DNA of 64,000 nt from Christensenellales bacterium. GTDB taxonomy: Bacteria > Bacillota > Clostridia > Christensenellales > UBA3700. The translations under genes and the position numbers were made by a program. The notes under the pieces were generated by a model. That model was given only the letters and a program-made list of their open reading frames with translations. It was not told the origin of the DNA and ran no database searches. The stretch lies in NCBI GenBank assembly GCA_051883415.1, contig JBJETR010000041.1, forward strand, positions 9,642-73,641. The letters are read 5' to 3'. The first letter of the stretch is position 1; every line of letters begins with the position of its first letter. This document shows, piece after piece, positions 50,511 to 60,591 of the stretch.

Positions 50511-51254
50511 TCAAAACAATATCGCTTGGTCCGTGACAAAAAATCCGACTATCATCACCACGACTACACACACCGCAAGCACCACCGATTGCAACGCAAC
50601 GTGAGTATGTGACGTAATAGCAATCTCTTGAGCGTCTTCGTCGCTATGAAGCATAATCCTCGCCGTGGCTACGCCGAACAACACAACTGTTAAGACGCTG
50701 GCAACTACCACAAAAGATAGATTAAAATACGTTACGATTATCGCAATTACGCTTTCTACCACACAACACGCCGTCACTGCTATCGCTCTATTTGAGTTAC
50801 CGTTAGAAGTCAGCATGATATAGCTGCCAATCTCAAAGCTCAATACCGCCACCGTAATTGTTGCAAATACTATGACCGCAATCAAATTGAATGACGTTAC
50901 GTTTTGTAGGTTTTGATCGGGTGCTAGCAGTTGTATATTGTAGGGGGTAAAAATCAACGTGACTGCTAGACACACCGACGCTACAAGACAAGCAATATTC
51001 ACCGTTTTGTGAGTGATTTTTTTACGTAGCAAAAACACTCCTAATGCTCCCACTGCCACGCCTACGGCAAGCAAAATCGGAACGAGCGTCGATATTGACA
51101 GTCGCTCCATGCCAAGCCTGCCAAAGGTAAATGCGGCGTTGATATTGTCGTATATATATCGACGCAACTGAGCGCAAATTATAAGTAATATCAAACTTGC
51201 AACAAAGGCTGCAACGTAACCTAGAAAGTCGAAAATCTTAGCTCTTTTATTCAT
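50511..51254 (-). CDS. Multi-pass membrane protein
   Basis: About 7 hydrophobic segments; translationally coupled to the GH18 gene. Confidence 0.65.
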   Translation of the reverse strand: MNKRAKIFDFLGYVAAFVASLILLIICAQLRRYIYDNINAAFTFGRLGMERLSISTLVPILLAVGVAVGALGVFLLRKKITHKTVNIACLVASVCLAVTLIFTPYNIQLLAPDQNLQNVTSFNLIAVIVFATITVAVLSFEIGSYIMLTSNGNSNRAIAVTACCVVESVIAIIVTYFNLSFVVVASVLTVVLFGVATARIMLHSDEDAQEIAITSHTHVALQSVVLAVCVVVVMIVGFFVTDQAILF

Positions 51255-52644
51255 AAACCACCTCGCTGAAAGCCTCTCTCGCCTTGCCAATCTGCGCCGT
51301 TAGCGATAGAGGATTATTCATTGGCACGTCTTCGTCTTGTGCAAAAGTCATTATACCACCCAAGCCTTTCAAAATTGCATACACCGTCTTATCTCTAACC
51401 GTTGTAGGCGTATTGAACCACACGTGATTTTGATACATTATAAACTCGTCGGGCTCAAACTTAGAGTCGTTGTAATTGTACCATTCTCCTCTGCCGTCAC
51501 TTGGTCTTCCATAGTAAGAAATGCCAAGGAAGATTTGCTCGGGCTTAAATCCTCTGCCCATCATATATCTTACTGCGCTGTCAGCACTACCCGCATAGGA
51601 ATTGTTGTCGCCGTTGTGGTCAAACAAGTCGTAAGCCATTACTTGCAAATAATCTATCGCCTCGACTGCATCTTTAGACAGTTGAACACCCCAAGGTGAC
51701 AGAGCAACCGAAAGCTTTTTGCCATGCTTGGACAATTCCGTCTTCAACTTAACCAAAAAGTCGCTATAGAGTTGATATTCTTTGGCATTGGCAGGATATT
51801 CCCAGTCAAAGTCCGCTCCATCGGTGCCTGTTGCCAAAACTCTCTCGACAACGTTGTTCACAGCGTCATTCATGTGATTTCTTAGCATATCCGCCATATT
51901 GTCGGGTGATAGAGGTGGAAAAATAGTAAGATAGATTTTGACGTCCCTATCCGCAATCAAGTCTCTCAATATTGCAAGTTCCGCGTCTGCACGCTTGCCA
52001 AAGCCGTCGGAGCCGATGCCGTCTTCGATATTGCCTTGTCCGTCAAATCTACCGTATGCAATCAACTGTACGTCGGTCACCACGTCGAAACAAGCAGCGT
52101 CGATTTGCCCGTTCCTCAAAGAGCCGGGCGTTATGTATGAAGTTACTCTAAGCTTCTCCTCTCTCTCCCTCTTGTCGAGATTGAATATCTTGACGTCGGC
52201 AATGGAAACCACGTTTTTGAATTGGTCGAAAGTTATTTTAATTTTGTCCGTTTTGACGGTATAGAAGGTCGCCAAACGATTGATACCTATTTCGTTTTGT
52301 CTATACTTGAGTACCCATTCGCCGCCTTCCATTGTATAAATAGAGAACTGCTTGACGTTGTGTCCGATTTCGTTGAGAAGCAAAGCGTTGACTTCTTTTG
52401 GTTCTCCAAAATCCACTATGGCTTGACTTCCTACGGTTGCAAAAGTCCAAGACGTCATCTTGTTGTTGTCAAAAGCCGACTTGCATCCCACGCCGCCCTG
52501 TATATTGGCGCCTATCGCAAGGTTTGTTTCCGTCACATTCAGTCCGTCGTCACGATTGAGCGCAACGCCGAAGAAAATCAGTAACGAACATAGCATGACC
52601 GCTACGATAATTAGCGGCAATGCTTTCTGCAATACTTTCCTCAT
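51247..52644 (-). CDS. GH18 chitinase/endo-N-acetylglucosaminidase-like enzyme with N-terminal anchor and discoidin-like module
   Basis: DGADFDWEYP (intact DxDxE), MAYD and LGGIM motifs. Confidence 0.85.
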   Translation of the reverse strand: MRKVLQKALPLIIVAVMLCSLLIFFGVALNRDDGLNVTETNLAIGANIQGGVGCKSAFDNNKMTSWTFATVGSQAIVDFGEPKEVNALLLNEIGHNVKQFSIYTMEGGEWVLKYRQNEIGINRLATFYTVKTDKIKITFDQFKNVVSIADVKIFNLDKREREEKLRVTSYITPGSLRNGQIDAACFDVVTDVQLIAYGRFDGQGNIEDGIGSDGFGKRADAELAILRDLIADRDVKIYLTIFPPLSPDNMADMLRNHMNDAVNNVVERVLATGTDGADFDWEYPANAKEYQLYSDFLVKLKTELSKHGKKLSVALSPWGVQLSKDAVEAIDYLQVMAYDLFDHNGDNNSYAGSADSAVRYMMGRGFKPEQIFLGISYYGRPSDGRGEWYNYNDSKFEPDEFIMYQNHVWFNTPTTVRDKTVYAILKGLGGIMTFAQDEDVPMNNPLSLTAQIGKAREAFSEVVYE

Positions 52645-52721
52645 AATTTTCTCCTTATTTTGCGGGCAAAGTCGTACTTTATCCCGTTGATTTCAAATAT
52701 CGTTTTAATCAATACTAGATG

Positions 52722-52743
52722 ATTTTTGCCGATACGTATCGAG
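52722..52743 (+). repeat. 22-bp dispersed palindromic motif, copy 3
   Basis: ATTTTTGCCGATACGTATCGAG abutting the antiporter stop codon. Confidence 0.85.
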
Positions 52744-54015
52744 TTATTTGCTCAATTTAGTCTTATATATCAATCGACCAAAATTCACCTTGTTACTCTC
52801 TCCGCCTATTTCGCCCGCCCATTCAAAGCCTTTCTTGGCGACAAAAACCGCTATAAGCTCGTTGATGACCGCCGCGGCGGCTATCGTTCCTTGAATAATC
52901 TTGGCACTATCGGGATCGGCAGGCATCAATACCGACACAGCTATGCCTGTAAATACCAACGATACGCCTGAATGTGTCAACAAAGTAAATCCCAGATACT
53001 TTCTTACGGCTGTCGGTGCTTTGGTAATCGTAGCTCCCAAACTAGCCCCGCCGTATTTACCTACCGCTCTGACAACAATATAAACCAAAGTGTACACACC
53101 TGCACCCGCTATCGAACGCCAATCTAAACCCGCCCCCAAATTGAAAATTACGACTACTATAGCCAAATTGAGTATAGGTTGGAATAATTTGATTATCTCC
53201 TCCAATCTCTCTTTGGAGACCACGTTGGCAATGGCTGCAAAAAATGCCATTCCCATCATCATAAAGTTGAGGATAGGAGCGGGCATTACGTAAACGTTAA
53301 GCAGATATCCTACTGCCACCGTTGCGACTATTCCTATAGCCGTCGTCAACAAAGTTACGACACCGTTCATCTTGCGACGAAGTATTAGCCCTACAACCAC
53401 TCCGACAATCGCACCGATAGCAAGTGGCAAAATTATTGCCAAAACTATGGCATAAGCGGGAAGCCCACCTCTGCTCACTCGCCCCGCAACCAAACTTATA
53501 CACGTAAAGAACACCACTACTCCGACGATATCGTCCAATGCTGCCATAGGCACTAAGGTATCGGTGACAGGTCCTTTGGTATTATATTCTTTGACTATCG
53601 ACAAGGCGGGAGCAGGTGCGGTAGCAAGTGCGATACTGCCGAATATAAAAGCCAAATACAAAGGCACTTGCATAAAATAAAATATTACGCAAAATACACA
53701 CGACACCAATGCAAACGTGCCCAATGACTGAACCAGCGTCGTCACAATCAATACCTTGCCCGACTTTTTGAGTTTGCTCCACACCAATTCTCCGCCAATC
53801 ATCAAACCCACGACGCATTCGAGCGTCTTTTCTAAGTTTTGATACCAATTAGCTTCGAGCACGGTATTGTCAACAATGCTCATGGCGTATGGTCCCAACA
53901 ACATACCGCCAATCAAAAAACCGAGGATAGCCGGCAATTTGATTTTGGTTACGGCTATTCCGATAAGGTAACTTGTGCCTGCGGCTACTGCTAAAGATAA
54001 TATTCCTTGTATCAT
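52744..54015 (-). CDS. Cation:proton antiporter
   Basis: ATAPA, ALDD and RAVGK motifs; about 12 TM. Confidence 0.85.
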   Translation of the reverse strand: MIQGILSLAVAAGTSYLIGIAVTKIKLPAILGFLIGGMLLGPYAMSIVDNTVLEANWYQNLEKTLECVVGLMIGGELVWSKLKKSGKVLIVTTLVQSLGTFALVSCVFCVIFYFMQVPLYLAFIFGSIALATAPAPALSIVKEYNTKGPVTDTLVPMAALDDIVGVVVFFTCISLVAGRVSRGGLPAYAIVLAIILPLAIGAIVGVVVGLILRRKMNGVVTLLTTAIGIVATVAVGYLLNVYVMPAPILNFMMMGMAFFAAIANVVSKERLEEIIKLFQPILNLAIVVVIFNLGAGLDWRSIAGAGVYTLVYIVVRAVGKYGGASLGATITKAPTAVRKYLGFTLLTHSGVSLVFTGIAVSVLMPADPDSAKIIQGTIAAAAVINELIAVFVAKKGFEWAGEIGGESNKVNFGRLIYKTKLSK

Positions 54016-54016
54016 T

Positions 54017-54622
54017 TTATTGTTTGTCGGCTATTATACCGTACGTCATATATTCGATAAATTTAGGCAAAATCTCCTCGTGCTTGGCAACTATAACTTC
54101 TATCGCTTCACCCGAAAAAAGCATATTGGCAAAATAGTCGTTGAACATTTCTTGAAGTGTGTGAAAATATCCTTCGGCATCTTGCTTGCTCACGCCCTCA
54201 CGCAAAGTTAGCCTTTCTATCATTCCAAAATATATTTTGTCGTTGAGTTCATCAAAATTCTTCCTTAAAACTTTGATAGGAAGCTCAAGCTTTGGCGGTG
54301 GCTGTATCACCGCTTCAAATATAATTCTACAAAGGTCGCTATGCTCTTGCAAAAAGCCTAATCTTGCCTCAAGATAACTCTTGACGTCACTATCAGCACC
54401 CTTTTGCTTGATATAGTCGTCAAACAAGTCAAACGCCCTTTCTACAACTTGCAAATACACGTCCTCTTTGCCATTGTAATTGTGATACAACAAGCCCTTA
54501 GGGATACCGCTGGCACAAATATTATTTAGTGTACCCTTTTTATAGCCGTTTTTGCCAAATTCTCGTATTGCGGCATTGATGATTCTTTCTTTCGACAATT
54601 GCGTTTTTTGTTGCTTTTGCAT
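54017..54622 (-). CDS. TetR-family regulator
   Basis: N-terminal HTH with GIPKGLLYHNYNGKE. Confidence 0.9.
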   Translation of the reverse strand: MQKQQKTQLSKERIINAAIREFGKNGYKKGTLNNICASGIPKGLLYHNYNGKEDVYLQVVERAFDLFDDYIKQKGADSDVKSYLEARLGFLQEHSDLCRIIFEAVIQPPPKLELPIKVLRKNFDELNDKIYFGMIERLTLREGVSKQDAEGYFHTLQEMFNDYFANMLFSGEAIEVIVAKHEEILPKFIEYMTYGIIADKQ

Positions 54623-54630
54623 ACATTACC

Positions 54631-54656
54631 TATTATAGACCGTTTAGTCTATAATA
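54631..54656. promoter_or_regulatory. Probable TetR autoregulatory operator
   Basis: TATTATAGAC-N6-GTCTATAATA overlapping the -10 of TTGACA-N17-TATTAT. Confidence 0.75.
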
Positions 54657-54773
54657 GTACACATAAAGTGTTTTGTCAATAGAGCAACGACAAATTGCAA
54701 CTAATGATTAGCAAATTTCAAAAGTTATCGCCCAACGATTTACATATTGCAATTATGGTGATAAAATCGAGTT

Positions 54774-55343
54774 ATGAGAAACAAAAATAACGAAGAAACG
54801 CTCAACAAAAAACCTAGTAAAATCAAAAGAATATTTGCAATTTTCTATTTTGCTACTACCATTGCCTCATTGTTGCTTTACACCGCAACGGCAATCAAAG
54901 ACGTGGTCAAAGAGGGTTGGACTCCAATCAATATCGCCATTGCGGCTTTTATCGGGCTGAGCTATATGATTTTGTTTGCTTGCATTGTGCTATCTAAAAA
55001 CATAGCGGGTGCAAAAACCACCCATGCCAAAGCAAAAAAATTGCTAAAGCTTGGCAAAAAGGTCATCAAAATAGTACACGCCGTACCTACCGTGATGATA
55101 CTCTTCGCAACTACCCCGGCTGACTTCCTTGATTTCGTATCCCGAGCATTTTCCGTACTAGCCTTGATAATGCACCTCATCAGCCTTATCAATACCGTCA
55201 ATATGATGATTACCAAACTAATCGTCAAAAAGGTAGCCAAAAAAGGAAAAGAAAAAATCAGCGCCAAAATCGCAAGTTTCAAAAATAACGCCGAAGAAGG
55301 CGAGCAAGAATCACTACCTCTTGCCGACAGTGACGAACAATAA
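54774..55343 (+). CDS. Hypothetical membrane protein (probably leaderless)
   Basis: 3-4 TM; TTTACA-N17-TAAAAT-N6-ATG. Confidence 0.65.
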   Translation: MRNKNNEETLNKKPSKIKRIFAIFYFATTIASLLLYTATAIKDVVKEGWTPINIAIAAFIGLSYMILFACIVLSKNIAGAKTTHAKAKKLLKLGKKVIKIVHAVPTVMILFATTPADFLDFVSRAFSVLALIMHLISLINTVNMMITKLIVKKVAKKGKEKISAKIASFKNNAEEGEQESLPLADSDEQ

Positions 55344-55359
55344 AATCATTGCAATGCAA

Positions 55360-55388
55360 CAAAAAGACGAGATATACTCGTCTTTTTG
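55360..55388. terminator. Bidirectional terminator
   Basis: AAAAAGACGAG-ATATA-CTCGTCTTTTT. Confidence 0.8.
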
Positions 55389-55454
55389 CTTGCCATCTTC
55401 GTTATGCGTAACTTAATTATCTTCTTGCGTAATTTGTTAATTGTTCTAAAATAA

Positions 55455-56585
55455 TTAATCAAAAATCAGCTTAGATATTATCGAATTCATTACTCCCATA
55501 TATTCTTCTTTGATTGACATCCGCTCTTGCGACAGGTTGAGATATTGTTGAACGGTTTGCAATTTTTGTCGATACGTATCGAGAAAATCAATATCAAAGT
55601 CGCTATTAAATCTATCAATATCCATGCCTTCGTCCATACGCAAGCCAAGCATAATTCGCTCGTCCATCATATCCTTTAGGCTCAATTTTTGTTCGAGTTT
55701 TTGAGCTAATTCTCCGTTGTCAATCTTGTCGTAGTATTCTTCAGAGTCACTTGGATTGTACAGTCTACGATTGCCTATCAAGCTATGTGCTCCAAGCCCT
55801 AGTCCAACGTATTGCTTACACTGCCAATATTTGAGATTGTGCTTACTTTCTTTGCCCTCACAACAAAAATTGCTCACTTCGTAGCGGTGAAAGCCTATAT
55901 CTTCTAATCTCGATTTGATATGCTCGTACATATCGCAAGTGGCGTCCTCGTCGGGTAAATCAAGCTGTCCTCGTTGCATAGAAGTGTACATTGCCGTTCC
56001 TTCTTCTAGCTTGAGCATATACGCCGACACGTGCCCTACGCCGTTATCTCTCACTATTTTCACAAACTCATCAATATCCTCAATCGTTTGCTTTGGCAAA
56101 CCCAGCATTGCGTCAACGCTACAATCCAGACCGCTCTCCACCACCCACTTGATAGCTTGCATTGCTTGCTCGGGCGTATGCCTTCTGCCTATTGCTCTGG
56201 CAACGTCGGGATTGAAGGTCTGTACTCCTATGCTCACCCTAGTTACGCCCATTCTCTTATATGCGATGATTTTTGCCTCGTCCACCGAACAAGGATTGAC
56301 TTCAACGGTAAATTCTCGGATATCACACTTGAGCGCCTTTCGTAGATTAAAGACTATATGCCCTAGCTGCTTTGCACTCAATACCGACGGAGTTCCTCCA
56401 CCGATATATATCGTGTCGACGACATAGTGATATTTGATTTGTCTAGCAAGTAGCTTGATTTCTTTGACTACCGCTTCCACGTATCTGTCTATTTGCTCTT
56501 GCTTGGCAATAGACGATACAAAGTCGCAATAATGGCACCTAGACAAGCAAAACGGGATATGAATATAAACGCCGATATTTTCCAT
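55455..56585 (-). CDS. hemW: Radical SAM heme chaperone HemW
   Basis: YIHIPFCLSRCHYCDF, GGGTPS, YEVSN and HNLKYW motifs. Confidence 0.93.
   Translation of the reverse strand: MENIGVYIHIPFCLSRCHYCDFVSSIAKQEQIDRYVEAVVKEIKLLARQIKYHYVVDTIYIGGGTPSVLSAKQLGHIVFNLRKALKCDIREFTVEVNPCSVDEAKIIAYKRMGVTRVSIGVQTFNPDVARAIGRRHTPEQAMQAIKWVVESGLDCSVDAMLGLPKQTIEDIDEFVKIVRDNGVGHVSAYMLKLEEGTAMYTSMQRGQLDLPDEDATCDMYEHIKSRLEDIGFHRYEVSNFCCEGKESKHNLKYWQCKQYVGLGLGAHSLIGNRRLYNPSDSEEYYDKIDNGELAQKLEQKLSLKDMMDERIMLGLRMDEGMDIDRFNSDFDIDFLDTYRQKLQTVQQYLNLSQERMSIKEEYMGVMNSIISKLIFD
55562..55583 (+). repeat. 22-bp dispersed palindromic motif, copy 4 (inside hemW)
   Basis: ATTTTTGTCGATACGTATCGAG; encodes LDTYRQK. Confidence 0.85.
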
Positions 56586-58387
56586 TATTTGTCAAATTTG
56601 AGAATGCTCATAAAGGCTTCGCTAGGCAGCTGCACGCTACCCACCTGTCTCATTCTCTTTTTGCCTTCTTTTTGTTTTTCCAACAATTTCTTTTTACGCG
56701 TTATGTCACCGCCGTAGCACTTGGCAAGCACGTCCTTTCGCATTGCTTTGACGGTTTCTCTTGCAATGACCTTGCCTCCTATAGATGCTTGAATAGGTAT
56801 CTCGAACATCTGACGTGGGATAACTTCTTTGAGCTTTTCGGCAATGGCTCTGCCCCTTGCGTATGCCTTGTCCTTATGCACGATGAGCGAAAGTGCGTCG
56901 CACACCTCGCCGTTGAGCATGATATCTAGCTTGACAAGGTCGCTCTTTTTGTACCCCACAATCTCGTAGTCAAGCGAAGCGTAACCCTTGGTACGCGATT
57001 TGAGAGAATCGAAAAAGTCGTAGACTATCTCATTGAGCGGGATAGAATACTCTATCCTAACACGAGTAGCCTCGAGATATGTCAGGTCTACAAACTCTCC
57101 TCGCTTGTCTTGGCACAATTCCATAATAGTGCCCACGTACTCGGGCGGAGTAAATAGGAAGGCTTTGACCACCGGCTCTTGCATCTCGGCTATTTCACTT
57201 GCCGGTGGCAGGTTGCTCGGATTGGATATAAGTTCGATATCTCCGTTGGTCTTGACAACTTGATAGGATACGCTCGGCGCAGTCGTAACGAGGTCGAGGT
57301 CAAACTCTCTCTCCAACCTCTCTTCGATAATTTCCATGTGGAGCAAGCCCAAAAATCCACATCTAAAGCCAAAGCCTAGCGCCGTTGATACCTCGGGCTC
57401 GTACACCAAAGAAGCGTCGTTGAGCTTAAGCTTTTCAAGAGCGTCCTTGAGGTCGTTGTACTTAGCTCCGTCGGCAGGATAGATACCGCTATACACCATT
57501 GGCGCAACCTCCTTGTAGCCTGCGAGAGGCTCGGTCACGCCACCCTCGGCAAGGGTAATGGTATCGCCGACTTTGGTATCCGACACGTTTTTGATACTAG
57601 CACATAGATATCCTACGTCACCAGCCGAAAGACTGTCTTGCGGTTGCATCTTGGGCACGAATACACCCACTTCCGTCACGTCAAAGACTTTGCCCGTAGA
57701 CATCATTTTGATTTTGTCGCCCGCCTTGACTTCGCCGTCGAACACTCTTATAAATGATATTGCACCCTTATAACTGTCGTAATACGAGTCGAATATCAAC
57801 GCCTTGAGAGGTGCGTCCATATTGCCGTTTGGCGGTGGCAACAAGGTGATGACTTGCTCTAGCACCTTCTCTATGCCTATGCCTTCTTTAGCCGACACTA
57901 GAGGTGCGTCGGAAGCGTCAAGCCCTATGACGTCCTCAATCTCCATTTTTACCTCGTCGGGGCGAGCCGACGGAAGGTCGATTTTGTTGATGACGGGTAT
58001 AATCTCGAGGTCGTTGTCCAAAGCGAGATATACGTTGGTCAAAGTTTGCGCTTCTATGCCCTGCGAAGCGTCCACGATAAGTATAGCCCCCTCGCACGCC
58101 TTGAGCGAGCGGGAAACCTCGTAGGTAAAATCGACGTGCCCCGGCGTGTCGATGAGGTTGAGCTCGTACTCTTCTCCGTCGTAGACGTAGTTCATTTTGA
58201 CGGGGGTAAGTTTGATAGTGATACCTCTCTCCCTCTCTATATCCATACTGTCAAGCAGCTGCTCTTTGGCATCTCTCTTGGCAACGGTGCTCGTCACGTC
58301 CATGATTCTATCGGCAAGCGTACTCTTGCCGTGGTCGATATGGGCTACGATACAAAAATTTCTTATCTTCGATTGGTCTTTGGGCAT
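56585..58387 (-). CDS. lepA: Elongation factor 4
   Basis: [23 protein letters not shown] and [10 protein letters not shown] motifs. Confidence 0.98.
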   Translation of the reverse strand: MPKDQSKIRNFCIVAHIDHGKSTLADRIMDVTSTVAKRDAKEQLLDSMDIERERGITIKLTPVKMNYVYDGEEYELNLIDTPGHVDFTYEVSRSLKACEGAILIVDASQGIEAQTLTNVYLALDNDLEIIPVINKIDLPSARPDEVKMEIEDVIGLDASDAPLVSAKEGIGIEKVLEQVITLLPPPNGNMDAPLKALIFDSYYDSYKGAISFIRVFDGEVKAGDKIKMMSTGKVFDVTEVGVFVPKMQPQDSLSAGDVGYLCASIKNVSDTKVGDTITLAEGGVTEPLAGYKEVAPMVYSGIYPADGAKYNDLKDALEKLKLNDASLVYEPEVSTALGFGFRCGFLGLLHMEIIEERLEREFDLDLVTTAPSVSYQVVKTNGDIELISNPSNLPPASEIAEMQEPVVKAFLFTPPEYVGTIMELCQDKRGEFVDLTYLEATRVRIEYSIPLNEIVYDFFDSLKSRTKGYASLDYEIVGYKKSDLVKLDIMLNGEVCDALSLIVHKDKAYARGRAIAEKLKEVIPRQMFEIPIQASIGGKVIARETVKAMRKDVLAKCYGGDITRKKKLLEKQKEGKKRMRQVGSVQLPSEAFMSILKFDK

Positions 58388-58479
58388 ATTGCAACCTTTT
58401 GTCAGTTTTTAATTATTATATAAAAATATATGGATTTTAGCAATAGAATTTTGTATAATATAGCAAAAGAGGTATTAGT

Positions 58480-59088
58480 ATGAAGATAGAAAGACTTATC
58501 GACAATCTTAGTTCCAAAGGCTTTATCGCCCACTATTGCGAGGACGAAAAGCAAGCAAACGACCTCGTACTCGACTTGATTGAGCAAGGTCAAAGCGTAG
58601 GCATAGGCGGTAGTATGACAGTCAAACAATTGGGGATAGACATATTGTTGCAAAACAAAGGCGTGGAAGTACTCTCACACGCGCTAGTCAGCGACGACAA
58701 AAAGCCTAATCTCTACGAATACGCCAGGCACGCGGATTGGTATATGTCCTCCGCCAATGCTATCACACAGAAGGGCGATATAGTCAACATCGACGGCACT
58801 GCCAATAGAGTTTCGACGTTGATTTTCGGTGTGCCAAATATTATCTATCTCGTTGGCAAAAACAAGATAGTAGACAATATAGACCAAGCCATAGAACGCA
58901 TAAAAACCGTTACGTGTCCACAAAATGCCGAAAGATTGGATAGAAAAACCCCTTGTCGTTACACCGGCAAATGCGGGGATTGTAGCGGAATAGATTGCAT
59001 GTGCAACGTCACCACGATCGTGCACCACCCTACAAAACTGCAAAAGCAAGTGCACGTTATCATCATTGACAAGGAGCTGGGTTATTGA
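58480..59088 (+). CDS. LUD-domain (lactate utilization-like) protein
   Basis: GGSMT, NIDGTANRV and TPC..TGKCxDC motifs. Confidence 0.8.
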   Translation: MKIERLIDNLSSKGFIAHYCEDEKQANDLVLDLIEQGQSVGIGGSMTVKQLGIDILLQNKGVEVLSHALVSDDKKPNLYEYARHADWYMSSANAITQKGDIVNIDGTANRVSTLIFGVPNIIYLVGKNKIVDNIDQAIERIKTVTCPQNAERLDRKTPCRYTGKCGDCSGIDCMCNVTTIVHHPTKLQKQVHVIIIDKELGY

Positions 59089-59831
59089 TGAAAGATACTA
59101 GTTGGCTTTTGGGCGTGCCTATCGCTCACAGAGGACTGCACGACAATAAGACTTTGCCCGAAAATAGTATGGGCGCCTTTGAGAACGCCGTATCTCACGG
59201 CTACGGAATCGAGTTCGACGTCTATCTCACCCTTGATAACAAATTGATTATTCACCACGATATGACCTTGCAGCGTTCGTGTGGCAAAAAGATTAAAGCC
59301 TACAAAATCAATTCCGACAGACTGCAAGACTACAAGTTGATGAATACCCAATACTCTATTCCGCTATTGTCCGACTTACTAAATTTGGTACAAGGCAAAG
59401 TTCCCCTTATTTTGGAAATCAAAGCCACCAACAGAGTCAAATCCACTTGCTCAGCCGTGTACGAAGCTATCAAGGACTACCCCGGCAATATTTGCATAGA
59501 GTCTTTTGACAATCGCATTGTCGATTGGTGGCACAACAATCACCCCGAATACGTGTTGGGACAGCTGTATAGTACAATCAACTTCTATCGTGCAATTCAA
59601 CGCAGACTCAAGCAATATCGTAAAGTCGACTTTTTGGCTGTGGGAGTCAAAAACTTAAAAGAAGACTACTTCCGCTCCGTCAAAGCCGAATGCCCCGAAA
59701 AGTTGATCATCAACTGGACGCTACGCACCACAGAGCAATTGCAAGACGCTTTAGCATACGCCGACAACTATATTTTTGAGAGCAATATTAAATCTGACGA
59801 GTATATAACGCCCCCTTCCCTCACACACTAA
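59085..59831 (+). CDS. Glycerophosphodiester phosphodiesterase
   Basis: AHRG, PENS, EFDV, HD and EIK motifs. Confidence 0.9.
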   Translation: MMKDTSWLLGVPIAHRGLHDNKTLPENSMGAFENAVSHGYGIEFDVYLTLDNKLIIHHDMTLQRSCGKKIKAYKINSDRLQDYKLMNTQYSIPLLSDLLNLVQGKVPLILEIKATNRVKSTCSAVYEAIKDYPGNICIESFDNRIVDWWHNNHPEYVLGQLYSTINFYRAIQRRLKQYRKVDFLAVGVKNLKEDYFRSVKAECPEKLIINWTLRTTEQLQDALAYADNYIFESNIKSDEYITPPSLTH

Positions 59832-59847
59832 ATGCGGGAGGTGGATT

Positions 59848-59982
59848 ATGAAAATATCGACTGTAATAGGTCTTGGCACAGGCATGATATTGGGCTATAT
59901 CGGTGGCAACGTAATGTCGGGATCTTTTAAGAGAAGAAGCAAAAAGATGCTTAGAGATAAGATTGTTGAGCTTCTCGATTGA
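59848..59982 (+). CDS. 44-aa single-TM peptide (not in ORF track)
   Basis: MKISTVIGLGTGMILGYIGGNVMSGSFKRRSKKMLRDKIVELLD; SD GGAGGTG. Confidence 0.7.
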   Translation: MKISTVIGLGTGMILGYIGGNVMSGSFKRRSKKMLRDKIVELLD

Positions 59983-60219
59983 CGTATTGCATAGATTAGA
60001 GCATTATAAGTTGCCCTAATACTGCCAACCAAAAAATGCACCCTACGGGGTGTATTTTGTTTACATTTCCAATGGGAGATTACTCTTCAAGACCTAAGCC
60101 TTTGACTCTACATTATAGCTACTCATAATAACGCATCAAGGAATCTATAACTTGTCAAAAGAATAAAAAATGCACCCAACAATGCTAAGCTTGCTAGGTG
60201 CAGTGGTCATTATCGTCTT

Positions 60220-60591
60220 TTATTTGTCTTGTCTACTACGATAGTCCTCGATAGCCTTTTTGATTGCCTCTTCTGCAAGGACGGAACAATGAATCTTTTG
60301 TGGAGGCAAACCCTCCAACACCTCGACCACCTTTTTGTTGGTGAGCTGAAGAGCCTCGTCAACCGTCATACCCTTGACCATTTCCGTTGCGGTTGAGCTG
60401 GTTGCTATGGCTGCCGCGCAACCAAAAGTCCTAAATTTGGCGTCGACGATTACGTCGTCTTTGATTTTTAGGCTAATCTCCATTATATCTCCGCAACTTG
60501 CGTTGCCTACCTTGCCCACTCCGTCGGCGTCTTCGATGAAGCCCACGTTCTTTGGATGTGCGAATGCTTCCATTACTTTGTCGTTATACAT
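60220..60591 (-). CDS. iscU: Fe-S scaffold IscU/NifU (start adjusted)
   Basis: GNASCGD, FGC and KIHCS motifs. Confidence 0.95.
   Translation of the reverse strand: MYNDKVMEAFAHPKNVGFIEDADGVGKVGNASCGDIMEISLKIKDDVIVDAKFRTFGCAAAIATSSTATEMVKGMTVDEALQLTNKKVVEVLEGLPPQKIHCSVLAEEAIKKAIEDYRSRQDK

Noticed and set aside
60031-60177. 13-bp direct repeat AAAAAATGCACCC
   Set aside because: Both copies begin terminator-like hairpins; too short to support an element or target duplication
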